Part shown: in pieces, positions 23,667-37,433 of the stretch
Layout of the letters: every line of letters starts with the position of its first letter
Position numbering within the stretch: the stretch's first letter is position 1
Source of the DNA: Squalus acanthias
Lineage: Eukaryota
Assembly: GCA_030390025.1 (NCBI GenBank)
Contig: CM059430.1
Location: 4,030,001 to 4,094,000, forward strand
Length of the DNA: 64,000 bases
Direction: 5' to 3'
The notes under the pieces: generated by a model
Databases searched by the model: none
What the model was told of the DNA's origin: nothing
Seen by the model: only the letters and a program-made list of their open reading frames with translations
Position numbers and translations under genes: made by a program

Positions 23667-26600
23667 CTAGAAGAAAAGTTCAGTTGATTTCATCTGCAAT
23701 TAACCATGTAATTATCACTTCATCTCCAATGAATCTAGAGGATTGCTCACTGTACCCTTTGTGTCAAAATGGCCATGTGCAAGGCTTGCAACAACAGGTG
23801 GTCAATATACAGTGTGACCTATCTGTATTCCAGCTTTGGAATGGACATCATGCAGACTTTGTCAAGGTGCCTTGCTACATGATCTAGCCAAATTTTCTTG
23901 TTTGCTGTTGGGACAGATACTAGGTGGTCTCCCCCAGGAGGTCTTTGTGACAGGTTTTACTATACAAATTAGAGCGCTGATAAAGCCAACTCCCCTATGC
24001 CAAATAAAAGTTGACCTTGCCAAGGTTTTGATGTGATCTAGGGCAAAAGTGCATTAAAGTAAAGCAATTAGACCCAAGATTTGATCCTCCTATAGTTGAT
24101 GTTCATTGGGTGCCGCTGAAGCATACAGATGGAATGGTGGTCTCAGAAGTCTGAAGGTTCATCTGGTTTAAACCCCTCAGTGAACAGAGTTCCTCAGGTT
24201 GGCACAGTTGGAAGCCAACTGCTTTTTATGGCCAGTTTTGTCTAAGCTTCATATAAAACTTCTATACAAGTGCAATCTTATTTGAAACTCTTTTCAACTG
24301 ATATATTCGAAACAAAGACGTGCTTGGTCACTGAAAACTCAAAAGTAATTTGAACTTCAGAAAATTCCGGTATTTTAACTCAATGTTACATATTTATTAT
24401 TTCAAGCAAAAAAATGAGAACCCAGAATTGAGGGAAGGCGGAAAAATGTAAGCATAGCCTGAAGAAATTTAATGCAATATAGCACATAGTGTGAAGGTCT
24501 GTATAGATAATATACATGTATATGGTAAACAGTAATGAAATACTGAACTGAAACAAGCTTTTCTGTTAATAATGTTTTAGAAGGGATGTTACCCTTCAAC
24601 TGCTATGCAATTACTGCTATGTAACATTTTGTACATACACTGTGCCAGAGTTCAATAATCATCATAATAGTCCTTACCAGATTAGGAAAGAAATATTTTT
24701 TTTCAAACTAGCTACCATTTTCCTACTTGCTTCAAGAGATTCTGAACACATAAAACACCTTCAGTTGCAACACTTGACAAAAACAATTATGTGATGCATA
24801 TGGCAGAAAAACAGTAAACGTACTGCCTTAAGTCACACACTTGCACCGTCTTATTGAAAAGTCAATCTTCCTCTGTCCCCTCACTCTAAGACAACATCAC
24901 AGCAAGCAAGCTGATCTGGAAGATAGAGAAACAGTGGGGAATCCGTTCTGGGAACTGATTTCACCCGTGAATTTCCTGTCTGGCCCAGGTCAGAAAGATC
25001 AAAGACCTCCACAAAATGATAAGACAACCCTTCATGGGTCTTACTGCCATAAGAATGAGACTGGGTTTTACCTCACTTTCATGACATTTAACGTCAAGAG
25101 CGATTAAAAGTGACCCTGGTGGATTAAGATGATACTCTAAGAGGCATCACAACTCAGGATTGTAATGCTTGCATTTCAAATAGGAACAGACATTCAATCT
25201 TCAGTCTAATACTTCAGCAATCCACATGCACAGAGTATTACAGTAGAAATTTAAAATAATACACGTAATTGTGTCGACTACTGGACTGTGCTATTTGTTA
25301 CTCCAAATAGTTGTTCCAGGCCCAGTTTATTTAACCGTGATCCCTCAGTCATTAGCACTGGAGTAGGGAGAAAGCAAAACCTGCCACATCACAAGGGTTG
25401 AAGTAGACAAACTGCACGTTCATTTTTTTGGATAGTCTTGTTATTTTGTAATTGGTAAAGCAGCATATTTGGCAATATAAACCAAAAACAGTGGAGCTTT
25501 GGTACAGGTTTGGATGACCACACTGCTCACCTATAGCTGGTACATAATATGAGATCAAACTTTATCGTTTTTAACGTCAGATAAATGAACAGGTTTGCCC
25601 ACAGAAAGTACTGCAAAGCAGTGCTTTAAAAAAAATCTGTTACTTGTAGAACGAAAGGGGCCTTGCTGTGTTGGGCGCAAGGTATTTTGGTTTATATGAA
25701 ACTGGAAATTTGCTGTTGATGATATGTTTCTCGTTTACCAACCAGCTTTTGGAATTCTGCAAAGCGAAGGCACATGTTCTTTAACTGCTGTTCAGCTTTT
25801 AAGGTCACAGAATTTGAAGACAAATTCCAAAAGCTAGCTGATAAACAAGTAATTGAGAATTTCCCTGTGAAACAGTTGTGTGTTTACAGGTCAACATCGC
25901 ACAGAAACTAGTTGGTAAACTAAAGGGCAGAGTTTGTTAACTGCAGATGTTACCAAATGTCAGAAAGTAATTAGACTGCAACACTAATTTTCCATCCGAA
26001 ATGCAGGTCGACAAACAGTCATTATCATCTTTATGAAAATTAGACTGGTGCAGTGCTCGGAAAGCACAGCCGAGCTCTATGTAATCTTTTTACTAAATAT
26101 TAAAATTAATTTCAAGGGGACTGTTTGGCTGCACAGAAAGAATGGCTCAGAGAGGGGGTAAGGAGACAATAGACCCTGGCGTCACAAGTAGTACTTCATT
26201 AATTCAGAGGATGCTACTATCTGTTATGTGGTTCCTAGCTAATCTTTTCAAAATCATCAGCGATATTATCAGCTTCCCTAGGGGAGGGGGTAGTTCACAC
26301 TCAGCCTCCCTCCAGCCAGCATGTTAGTAGTGAGTAGCAGACACGGCTACTGGCTGGCTAAACTCCATATCCACTGATCCTCTGCAGAATCATCACACAC
26401 AGCACATAATCCAGTACAGCAGATTCTACACATGCTTCATTTTTTTTTTTCCTTGGGATTTTCATGTCTCAAAACAGGTACATGAAGCTGTGAAAAAAAT
26501 AAGTAAATTAATCAGCAGCAGCAAATTCAATCGACCTAAATTAAATAGTGACTTGCAGTTCCTCGCAGATTTAATGCCCAAGTGGCCTTGGGAGAAATGA

Positions 26601-26809
26601 CAGGGAGAGTGACAAGAAACACAATCAGAGAAAGAGCACCAGCTCAGACCTTTCCCACCCATCTATTGGCATTTGACTCTTATGGCATCCATCGAGACCT
26701 GGGAGCAGCTCACCCAGCTGCTCATTTGGTTGGAAGCGGAGAGGATAAAACAAAATGTGTGCGGAATTAAAAACAGTAACTTTACTGAATTACCAAACAA
26801 GGAATAAAT

Positions 26810-27015
26810 AGAAACAGCACTGCAAATGTTAAAAATCTGAAATAAAAACATTAAAAAAGGTAGAAATACACAGCAGTTCTGTCAAAATTTAAACAAAAAA
26901 AGATAGGCTATTGTTACAGGGAAGGGTCTCGATCTGAAACATGAACCCATTTCTTTTTCAGATGTTGATAAATTGTGGTGTATTTCAATCATTTTCTATT
27001 TGTATTTGATTTAAA
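26810..27015. mobile_element. Old decayed Penelope-like inverted-repeat insertion (second family)
   Basis: AAATCTGAAATAAAAACA..AGAAATACACAGCA is mirrored by TGGTGTATTTCAATCATTTTCTATTTGTATTTGATTT. Central GAAGGGTCTCGATCTGAAAC is a degenerate stem II-GAAA. Confidence 0.55.
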
Positions 27016-29799
27016 TAAGACAATATCAACTGGGTTAATATTAAGGCAACTCTTATATAGCCTTGCATGGAAAAGACAGCTTCTGTAGTGAAGAAAATAC
27101 CCTTCCCCAAATGCCATTAGTGTCATTCTGCATCAAATGGGCCTAAATCACTGGGTGTTCATTTGATCCAAACTGTCAGAATCCAAATTACTATTGGCTT
27201 CTCAATAAGAATCTACAATGTACAAAGTGTTTACTGGTGCTGCACTGGTTTTTTGTCTACTCAATAGAACATTATTGACATCACAATAATGTCGTAATCC
27301 AACACAACTAATGCTAACTCCTTTTTCTTCTGGAGCACTTACATCTCTTACTGAGTAGGCCATTTTTTCCATGACAATTTACTGTTAAAAGACTGAAGGT
27401 TATTTCCCCTCTCCCACGGTCAACTGGCAGCTTTAATTGTTAATTTATCTTCATTTTTATTGGTTAAAAATCAATAATGTAAAATATAGCCCAAGAATTC
27501 AGCACTTTTAATATCTTAATTAAACATGCTCATACAGATTGATAATTTGCAATGGACTTAAAAAAAAAGGATGAAGAGAATTGCATCCTTTACATGTTAT
27601 CAAGTGAGCAGAACTCAGTGACTGACACATGAGCACGGTAATTGTAACAAAAAGATCTAGCTGTGTTTGAAAAAATGTCGACAGTTCAGTCCTTGCACGA
27701 TTCTGTTAAAAGATTAGATAGTGTTGCAAGAGGAGAGAACTCTGCTTCCCAAACCAAATCTGGCCAGAGTATGACTAGTGCAGGCGGGCTGGGAAACAGG
27801 GCACATTCTGCAAAAGGCAGTCATTCCTTTAACTCTAAGGAGCACCAAAGAAAAAGGGAAAAATAACTGTGGGATTAACACTTTGATCTTATTTAAGGAG
27901 CCTCATGTTCACTTTCTACTGAATGTGGAGAAGGCTTTACATTTATTCTTCAAATACTGTGATAAATTAACAAGACCAAAGAGCGCGATGCATTGGTTTG
28001 ACTTTACAAACTCTTTGTGGTTGTGCAAAAAGGTCATCTTGGTCAGAGTTTTGCATACTAGATGCATGTATTTGTTTTCACATTATTCCAAGGCCTGCTC
28101 TCATTCACACCCTGTATAAAGCCAGCACAGGGCCTTCTCTGTGCTCCCTGACAGATACTAATGGTTGCTGGCCTCGGAGCCTGTAAGCAAACTGCCTGCT
28201 CTGCATTCCTGACATTAATGAAGACTTTTACTGAGGCCTGTACCTCTGCTATGTAAACAAAATGGCCCAAAACTCCTCCTGTAATGTTACTTCAACACAA
28301 TACTGTCAAGACGTAAACATCTTTCGTAATGGTCATATAACAGTGGCACACTTCACATACTAAAGTATAGGAGACTAATAAAGCATACGTCCATCAAAAC
28401 CACCCCACAATACAAGTACATAAAGCAGGCTTTCAGGGCCATTTCAACATGGGCTTCTTTAGCAATATTCTTTTAATATATATTTTAAAAACTAGACTAC
28501 TGCTCATCAATGCACAACTTGAAAATGGATATGCAATTTCAAACCTGTTGCTACATAATAATTAGTTAGGAAATTTCAATACGGCCCCTTGCTTTAATGT
28601 GACAAGTGTGCAATCATTTTCTTCAGCAAATCGTTTTTTTAAGATAACAACATACAAGCAGAAGATACTGCTTCATCCCCATATTTGCTGCACTGTAAAT
28701 AGAGTATCTTTCCTTTTTGGGTGGTGATAGGGGTATAAATACATGAAAGGACATGTATTACAAGCAGTAGAATTATCCTGTTCATTGATTTTAGCTCTGG
28801 GGTATTACAGAGAGCACTTGATTTATCTAGAGATTTTTCCAAAGCTTACTCCCGACTTTTAAACCTAAACGAGACTTTAAAGGCTTATCCACAAAAGAAT
28901 CTATTAAATACAGCAACATTTGAACCTTTAGTGTGAGCATTTAAAGATACCATCTTTTTTTGTGATCTAACGGCACATTAACATTACTGTTCCCACTTTC
29001 ACTGGACAGAACCACTGTACACAAATATACACACACTAAAATCAAACTTACCCCATTCCCCCATTTCATTCATTCCACAAGGGCCCGCAGTTTGCCAACA
29101 GAAAGATATTATTTGCTAAATGGGCACAAGTGTGCCAATGCCACTTTCCTGCAGAATAAAAACTCATCAGTGCTGTAGATCAAATCTGTCCCTTCACTAC
29201 TGCAATCTTATCTCTGCAAAGCAGTAACAGATAGTAACCTTAGAACTCATTATAAACTGGAAGGACCACCAGTATTTACTGGTAATATTTTTGACCTGAA
29301 TTTCACTGTAATATTATCAAACATCCACTACAGAAAATTATAGTAAACACATAAATAGTTTCTCTCCTCGACCTCCTCGCTTTCATTCCCAAGATCCTGT
29401 TGATATCTAAAATGACATTGCAGTAAATCAAACACGGGTACTGAGAGCACATTATCCACATACAGAATTGGAGTGGTAATGGTTGGTACTCAGGCAGATC
29501 TTCAGATCGATGTGGTTATTATTACTGTTGTCCTGTTCAGTATTGTTGGTTGTGTGTACATACAAAAAGTTTTAAAAGATATATATTTATTTGAAAAAAA
29601 CATAGTTTTGCCATGTGTTTCAAAGTACCCAGTCACAACATTCTGATGTTTATGCCATGCATTCTGCATTGCTTCCAGATAAATACAGTTTACATATCCT
29701 GGTTATCATTCAGCTACTAACTACCCAACTTACCCTTCTTGACCCCATGCTTACCATCACAGCCAACCTCTCCCTATCCTTTGGTAGTGTCTCCACCCT

Positions 29800-30550
29800 T
29801 TGAGACCATCATCATCATCTTTCTTCCCCCACCACAAACTCTGTACCCTCGCCTCTAATTCCATCTTCCTCCCCGTCCCACACTCTCAGGTTGAAGCCGA
29901 CTGTTTGCAATATTGGCATCCTATTTGACCTGAGCGGAGCTTCCGTCCCTTGTACGCGCTCCATCACAAAGACTGTCTAATTCCACCTCCGTAACATCGC
30001 CCATCTCCATCCCTGCAGAAACTCTCATCCATGCCTTTGTCACCTCCAGACTCGACTATTCGAATGCTCTCCTGGCTGGCCTCCCTTCCTCCATGAACTT
30101 CAGCTCAACCAAAACTCTACTACCGATATCCTACCCGCACCAAATCCAACTCACCTATCATCCCTGTGTTCGCTGACCTGCATTGGTTTCCAGTCTCCGA
30201 ACATCTCCAATTTAAAATGCTCATCTTTGTGTTCAAATCGTTTCAGGGCCTCAACCCTCCTTGTCTCTAAACCCCTTCAACCCAACAAATCTGAGAGAAC
30301 ATTGCTTTCCTCCAACTCTAGCCTCTTGCGAATTCCCCATTTCCTTAACCGCCTAGGCCCTAAGCTCTGGAATTCCCTCCCTGAACCTCTCCTCCTCTCT
30401 AAGACCATCCTTAAAACCACCTCTGACCAAACTTCTAGTCACCACTCCTAATATCTTCTTCTTTGGTTCAGTGTCAATTTTTGTCCGATTACCCTTCCGT
30501 GAAGTGCCTTGGGACACTTTCCTACTAAATATATATAAATGTGCGTTATT
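29800..30550 (+). mobile_element. 5'-truncated L2 LINE fragment
   Basis: 30015-30085 encodes ETLIHAFVTSRLDYSNALLAGLP, an L2 ORF2 C-terminal motif, followed by an L2 3' UTR (CTTAAAACC..TGACCAA..AAGTGCCTTGGGAC..TATATAAATG). Confidence 0.85.
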
Positions 30551-31479
30551 AAAAAAAAGAAATGCCATGGGTAATTATTCTACAAGCCTTTATATTAGCA
30601 ATGCAATTTTGATCCGAGTGGTTAGTTTCAAATATTTCCACATTGCCATGCCAATTCTCGGTCAATCCAGCCACAAAGCAGACTTGAGTGTGAAGGGAAA
30701 TGTTCCCCCCTTTCACCTCTAACCCCTCTGACTTGCTCGAGGTTGCTGGACACACAATAGGGAAGGCTGCATATAATTGGCTATTATTACTGAGATTTGA
30801 ATTTGGGTTTCCGCAAGTGGAGCCCACACCTTCGAACATGTAGCTCCTTGGGCTGCCCCTCCAATTCTATATTGTTAATGCTCAAATGTCTCCAAGATAA
30901 TGGCCTCAATATTAACCCCCCCCCCCCCCCCCCACATCGGATGGGAGGGGGTCGGGGTGGGGTTTACAGCATTAAATATGGGGAACACGTCCCCAACACA
31001 TGCATAAAGCTGTACTTTTATTTATCCACCCGGGTACTGGTCAGTAAATTGCCTGCCTAATTCTGTCTCTTATTATCAATCAACACAATAATCAGGAAAT
31101 CTCACATCCTTGCTTTCTGTGCATTGACTGCCTGACTCCTCTCATCTCGCCACATCAGAAACACAAGCGAGTTAAATAATCTTGTTAATTGTACACTGCG
31201 CACAAATTTTGTTTTAAAGACCTTGTCAACCTATCTATCTTAAAAAGGTGACACTTTACAGGATCAGATTTTCAACATTAATATTTCTCAAGGAAAGCAT
31301 ACTCTTCTTCCCAGCATTTGAAAAAGGTCACTTCAACAGGTGACAATATTGTTACGTAAAACAGGTCACACAAAATAAAAAGTTCTTGAAAATTATACCA
31401 CAGAATACATCCACCAATATCTTGCGCTGGGCATTAGTAACACATTAACAACCAACATGCTTATGCATTTGTTAAAACT

Positions 31480-31675
31480 ACTACCTCTCTACCTCTCTTT
31501 CCTCCTTTAAGACGCTCCTTAAAACCTACCTCTTTGACCAAGGTTTTGGTCACCTGCCCTAATTTCTCCTTATGTGGCTCGGTGTCAAATTTTTTTTTGT
31601 CTTTTAATATTCCTGTGAAGCGCCTTGGGATGTTTTACTACGTTAAAGGTGCTATATAAATACAAGTTGTTGTTG
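31480..31675 (+). mobile_element. L2 LINE 3' end
   Basis: TTTAAGACGCTCCTTAAAACCTACCTCTTTGACCAAG..GTGAAGCGCCTTGGGATG..TATATAAATACAAGTTGTTGTTG. Confidence 0.85.
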
Positions 31676-33874
31676 CAGAGTATCTGGAATAGACTAAAAG
31701 CAAAGGATCCATCTTCCTGTGCAACACTGTCCCAGTTCTGTGCAGAGACCTTGTTCTTTGAGCTGCTTTTCAAATTCCTCCTCGTGACAGAAGAATAAGT
31801 AGATTCTGAAGATTTCTTAGATTTACAAGATTTCTTTGCACCCACACAGAAGGGCCAGCCAGCAGTGATTTAAAAGGCCCATGGGCATTGCCTTGAAAAG
31901 TGGAAGGTCAGCTGCTGATTTAAAGGCCTGGTGTTGCCATAATTTTAACAGGAAAGTGTCTGAAGGCCCAGTGTTGTTGGAAGTTTGACTTAGGAAGGCC
32001 TGATGGAAAAAGAATTTCAATCAGAAAATTGAGATTTTTTTTTTTTAAGAGGGAACCATACTTTAATTTCAGCAGATGCTTCAATAACCAAGTGAGGGGT
32101 GGGGTTCAGAGGATGCCACAACCTGAGATTCAGATGTAATCATCTATAATCACCTGTACCACTGAGACCCTGGCGATTAATGCATCCTGAGCTACCTGGA
32201 ATTTTATACAATATTTCTTAGTTTTGCATTGTTCAGGTTAAATTTCAAAACACTCCACTCTAACATGTAAATCGAGGGCCTTTTATAGGTCCCACGACTT
32301 ACAGAAGGATACTACCATCTTTTGTAACAATATAACTAGAGATTAATCTCATGTGAGCCACAGAAGGCTTTCACAAGGTTAACATTTTACAACAGATTAT
32401 TCTCGACATAATATATGCGACTGAAAGGTAAGGAAGGTACCATTAACAGGCAAGTAACGGGATGAATGAAGTGTCAAATTAATGAATATTAAAACATGTT
32501 AAAAAAAAAACGTACAGAATATTTACTTTCACAAAATTCAGCCTTGGCCAAATTGCAACGTTTATTAAGCAAAATGCTGCTGAAAAATGTGGTCTGTGAA
32601 GTTTTCATCTTCTTTGCATCTTGGGCCACACATTCTTTACTCCAACTGAAGAGACAGGTGGGTGACCATGAACATCTGCGTGGACTGGAATACTGAAGCT
32701 TAGGTGGAGTGTTTGCTCATTCTTCCCTCTGGTGAAGTGTCTCAATTCTGTCTGGTCCTATTTTGCGCAGGCTGGAATTGACCTGGAGCAGGCAAGCCTG
32801 GTCCAAATGACTGTGTTTCTTATTGGACTCCAATGACCTAACTGAATTCAGTAGTTTGCTGTCTAATTAAGGTATAGGTAGGAGCAATGAGCCCAGCACA
32901 GGAATCTGGGCCTGACCATCTGTCTTGTCACCACTTCCATCTCATGGGTCATTAGTGGAGATGGTTGGGCATTTCAATTAAGCATTTTTTATTCCTTTTC
33001 ATTTTGAAAGTATGACTTCAGCACCAGAATCTTAAAAATACAACAGGAATTACAAGATTCAGATTAACAGCCTCTCTAAGATACACACTCAGCTCTAGAT
33101 GATTACCATTACTCGCAGCTGCTAAGTCAGTGCCATGCACTGAAGGTCTTGTTCGTTTGTTGTGACAGGAATAGTGCCTTCCATTTCTTTCAATCTAATT
33201 TACCTCCACTCAGGTATTTACACACTGTGGGTGTGCAGATAAGCTTTATGATGATACCTGATTAAAATCACACCTATTGCAGGTAATCAATACGCAATAT
33301 TCTGATCATGTGCCAAAAGCTCCACTATTTACTGATGGGCACTTATCAATTTATCAGAAACCTGGAAGTTGTAAATGAACAAGTCTGGTCTGAAAAGAAA
33401 AAGTTAAACTTTAGACCAGATCAATACCAGTCACATCATAAATCACATTGAGTGCCAGTCATCCAGCCGCAGTAAAGAAACCCCTATCAACTAGTTATGA
33501 ACAGCAGAGATATGATTAGCCACAGTTTGCTGGTTCTTATACAGCTACCTCCTAGACTAACGAGTGAATGCCACATACAATTATTTAGCATAGTCTAGCA
33601 TACTTGCGTTTTCTTCTCCATACCCCGTCAACAATTCTAGTCCAAGAATGATAACGTCACCTGTGACATGCACAAAATAATCAGCATTTATGTCCAAAAA
33701 CAACCTGCAACCATGGCTGCTTGTGAAATGCTGCCGATGTGGTGCTACTATTGACCCAGAAGGTCTGATTTGTGACACAGAATCCACACAAGACACTAAA
33801 TAACTTGAAATGTAACCTGTAGAAGTGCTTTTGACACAAACAGGAAGCAAACAGAAGGATGCCGTTTCAGTTAT

Positions 33875-34068
33875 AACCCTGTGTAAACCTCTTCGCCTCT
33901 CCACCGCTCTTCGCCTTTAAGACCCTCCTCAAAACCTACTAACTTGACCAAGCTTTTAATCACCCGTCGTGATCGCTTCTTCTTTGGATCAGTGTTAAGT
34001 TTTGTCTGATCTCAGTCCGGTAAAGTGCCTTGGGACCTTTTCCTACATTAAAGATGCTATATGTTGTA
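33875..34068 (+). mobile_element. L2 LINE 3' end, decayed
   Basis: Collinear with 31480-31675 and 30380-30550. Confidence 0.75.
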
Positions 34069-34136
34069 TTACAGTGCACCTCACACATCCCCTATTCAGC
34101 AATGCAATGCAGCTTATCTGCTCCTCCGTTATCCTG

Positions 34137-34632
34137 TGATACCGTGGAATACAGTGCAGGCTATCCATTCCCATGATACCGTGGAATACAGTGCAGGCTA
34201 TCCATTCCCATGATACCTTTACAGTGCAGGCTATCCATTCCCATGATACCGTGGAATACAGTGCAGGCTATCCATTCCCATGATACCTTTACAGTGCAGG
34301 CTATCCATTCCCATGATACCGTGGAATACAGTGCAGGCTATCCATTCCCATGATACCTTGCAATACAGTGCAGGCTATCCATTCCCATGATACCTTGCAA
34401 TACAGTGCAGGCTATCCATTCCCATGATACCGTGGAATACAGTGCAGGCTATCCATTCCCATGATACCGTGGAATACAGTGCAGGCTATCCATTCCCATG
34501 ATACCTTGCAATACAGTGCAGGCTATCCATTCCCATGATACCTTGCAATACAGTGCAGGCTATCCATTCCCATGATACCGTGGAATACAGTGCAGGCTAT
34601 CCATTCCCATGATACCGTGGAATACAGTGCAG
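34137..34632. repeat. Minisatellite with a 37-bp unit, about 13.5 copies
   Basis: Unit CGTGGAATACAGTGCAGGCTATCCATTCCCATGATAC, with variants starting CTTGCAATAC (37 bp) and CTTTAC (33 bp). No unique spacers. Confidence 0.97.
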
Positions 34633-34659
34633 CCTTTCTGCGGCTCTGCTTTCACAAGA

Positions 34660-35890
34660 TTCTATGGCTGAAGAAGGCCATTCAGCCCATAATCCATCCA
34701 TCCAGAATAATCCTAAATTCCCTCACCGCAGCATTCAATTAGTTCTTGATTTCAGGGTTTTCACCTCCACTACTCTATCCAGGAGTCTTTGTGTGGAAAA
34801 ATAACATCCCACTATCAGTCACAAATTTCCTTTTTTGTTAAAAGAACATGTGGCCCGTGTTCTACCCTTGTGATTTAATATAAAGGAATTGTTTAGATTT
34901 ACCTTTACCATGTTATTTACTATCTTATATACGGTTATCAGATCACCAGGGTAGATTTGAACTTCTGTGCGGCTGGTCGAGCACCTGTCGGCCGCTCGTT
35001 CCAGGTGCAGAGAGGCCCGAGCCATTTTGAGGCCTGGGCTTCATTTAAATGGAACCAGCGAAATATGAGCACCAAATGCGCGTCCTGATGTAACTCGCCT
35101 GTTTTGGGCCTGAGGAATTTGGGCTGGCTCCTATGCCGAAACAGCACACGGGGTAGCTCCACCGGTCCGACAGTGAGTGGGAGCCTGGGCCAGCGGCAAA
35201 CAGCATTATTTTTGTGGAGTCAGGAGAACGCTCTTGCTCCTTCTGGCTCCACAAAAATATAATGTTGAAAAAGTACCGGGACTGTTTCTGGAACACTGCT
35301 TAGACTGCTCAATGCCAGGATACATGGACGGAGGGTGCACAGCACACGTCCACCCATGTGTCCCTTAAAATTGCAATTGGGATCCTAACTACTTCATAGG
35401 ACTCCGATTTACATAATCAAGAGACCTGCCACCTGAAAACAGGCAGGCGCTCTGATTACCCAAGGGAAAGCCCATTTCAAAATGGCAGCAGGTGAAGCCT
35501 CAGCTTTAATGGGGCTGTAAATCTACTGACCCCATTTTATGGCCATCCCCACCTCATTAACACCAATTTTGACCAGTTAAAAATCATCCCGCACCTCTCA
35601 GACACCTCCTTTCAAGACCCAAGTCTCTCCAGTCTTTCCTCATAACCTTGACCTCTAACAGAAAAGATCAGTCTAGTTGCTCTTCTTTGCACTGGCACCG
35701 GTGCTTGAATGTCTCCCTTATGCCTCAGAAATGGACCAAGTACTCAAGGTGTGGACTGAACAACGCACTGTACAGTTTGATCAGGACTTCTTCTGACTTG
35801 TGTTCCACTGGTCTGGCTATATAGTTCAACATTCTATTGGCTTTGTTGATTGCTGGTCTGCATTAGTTGCAAATGTTGAGCGCCGAGTCT
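34660..35890 (-). mobile_element. Decayed CR1 LINE split by a MITE
   Basis: 3' end GAAGAAGGCCATTCAGCCCA at 34670, GDLITVYKI..HKGRTR coding at 34860-34948, and LYSALFSPHLEYLVHF-like coding at 35730-35775. Confidence 0.7.
34949..35590. mobile_element. Non-autonomous TIR element (probably Harbinger-type) nested in CR1
   Basis: Imperfect TIRs GGGTAGATTTGAACT / AGTTAAAAATCATCCC. CR1 sequence resumes on both sides. Internal hairpin at 35201-35266. Confidence 0.65.
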
Positions 35891-36039
35891 ACGAAGACTG
35901 TATCAATTGTTCTTACTGAATCTTTGCAACCATAACTTCAACAAAGCAAGTCATATGTGCATTATACAGAACAAGAAATATGGAACAATTCAGCGTAAGA
36001 CTATATTTGCATCCAGACCTTAGCTATACACTAGTGAAA

Positions 36040-36195
36040 CGGGTTACTCATCTCATTTGCTGTGTGTGGGCCTTTACTGCATGCAAATTGGCTGCCGTGT
36101 TGGTCTACGAAACAACAGTGACTACATTTCAAAAGTAATTCATTTGCTGTGAAGCTGTCATGGGAACTAGAAGGTGCTAAATGAATGCAAGTCTC
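36040..36195 (+). mobile_element. Deu-SINE 3' half, decayed
   Basis: GCAAATTGGCTGCC..ACAACAGTGACTACATTTCAAAAGTA..ATGCAAGTC matches 6480-6625. Confidence 0.75.
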
Positions 36196-36540
36196 CTCTA
36201 AATTGGGGAAACCAAACACGGATGAGGTGACTACTTTACTGAACATCTCTGTTCTGTCTGCTAGTGCAACACTGAGCTACCTGTGGCTTGCCACTTTGTC
36301 CCCCTCTCATCCTGCATCATTGGCGTTGTACGAAAGCTTCAAGAGCATTCTCTCATTTTTCTTCTCGATGCCCTGCAATCCTCTGGTGTGAACAACTTCA
36401 GACTTTAGCTATATCCTCATTTTCAAAACTGGTTAAATTTCATACCTGGCACGAGGTTATCCATTGTTCCTGTATTTGCATTCCCTCAGGGCTGCTACTT
36501 CCTTAACTATTTACACACCTTTTGTTTCTTTAATGTCTTA

Positions 36541-37433
36541 GGGGGGAAAATTCAGTTGGTTGCGCCTCCCATTAGCGCCTTAAGAGGGCGCTAATGGGGC
36601 GCAAAGCATCTAGCGCCCAGGCGCGGCGAAGTTTGCGCCGCTCGCGAAATTAACTAGACATTTTGCGGCGTCGCTAAACACTACCGCCACGATCTCCTGC
36701 GCCGGCAGATCGTGACGTCAGTCGAGTGCGCAACGCCCCGGTATCGCCCCGGAGCGGATATTGAGTGGCGCCCCCTGCCTTACCGCCTGACGCTAGCAAC
36801 GACAGTTTGAGTGGAGCGTTCTGCAGTCATGAAAGGAAAGGGGGAGCGCTATTTAAAGGTGACCGCTTCCTGCCTTTTATTGTTGGTGCCATTTTTGAAC
36901 TACGCATTCTGAGAGAGAGAGAGAGAGACTTCTGGAGAGTTTCAACGTTGTGTGAAGGAGTTTTGGGTACTGAGCAGCACTTTGCAGGTTCATTTTGATT
37001 TGCCATTCCTTGTATCGATTTAGAAGAGACTGTGGGGGCTGCACTCTGAGCTCTTTGCCTGGTACTCTCCATTGTTCTTTCCAGCAGATTTGATGCGCAG
37101 GTCTCTCCAGGCCGAGATTCAAGGCTGCAATTAGCAGGATGTGGATGGAAAGCGAGATTAACCATCCCCTTTAAGAACTGGCCCGTGCCATTGTGTGTGT
37201 GTTCCATTGCTGACTGACATTACATGAGCTTCGCCAGCGCTCTGAGGTAGCGCCTCGCTCCTCGGCCTTTGCGCCTTAAGACAGGTGTGAAGGGCCTGAT
37301 TTAGTGCTCCAATCACCTCCAGGGGCGATAAAAGCCAAGTTTGCAGTCGGTGGCGATAATTAGTGCCAGGCGCTAATCTTTGCGCCCGGCTGATAATTGC
37401 GCCCCAAATGGGGCGATACTGAATTTCTCCCCC
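36541..37433. mobile_element. 893-bp non-autonomous PIF/Harbinger-type element
   Basis: TIRs GGGGGGAAAATTCAGT / ACTGAATTTCTCCCCC, TTA target duplication at 36538-36540 and 37434-37436, and CpG-rich subterminal GGCGC/GCGCC motifs. Confidence 0.85.

Noticed and set aside
34137-34632. CRISPR array (37-bp periodicity)
   Set aside because: Units are contiguous with no unique spacers, there are no cas genes, and the context is vertebrate.
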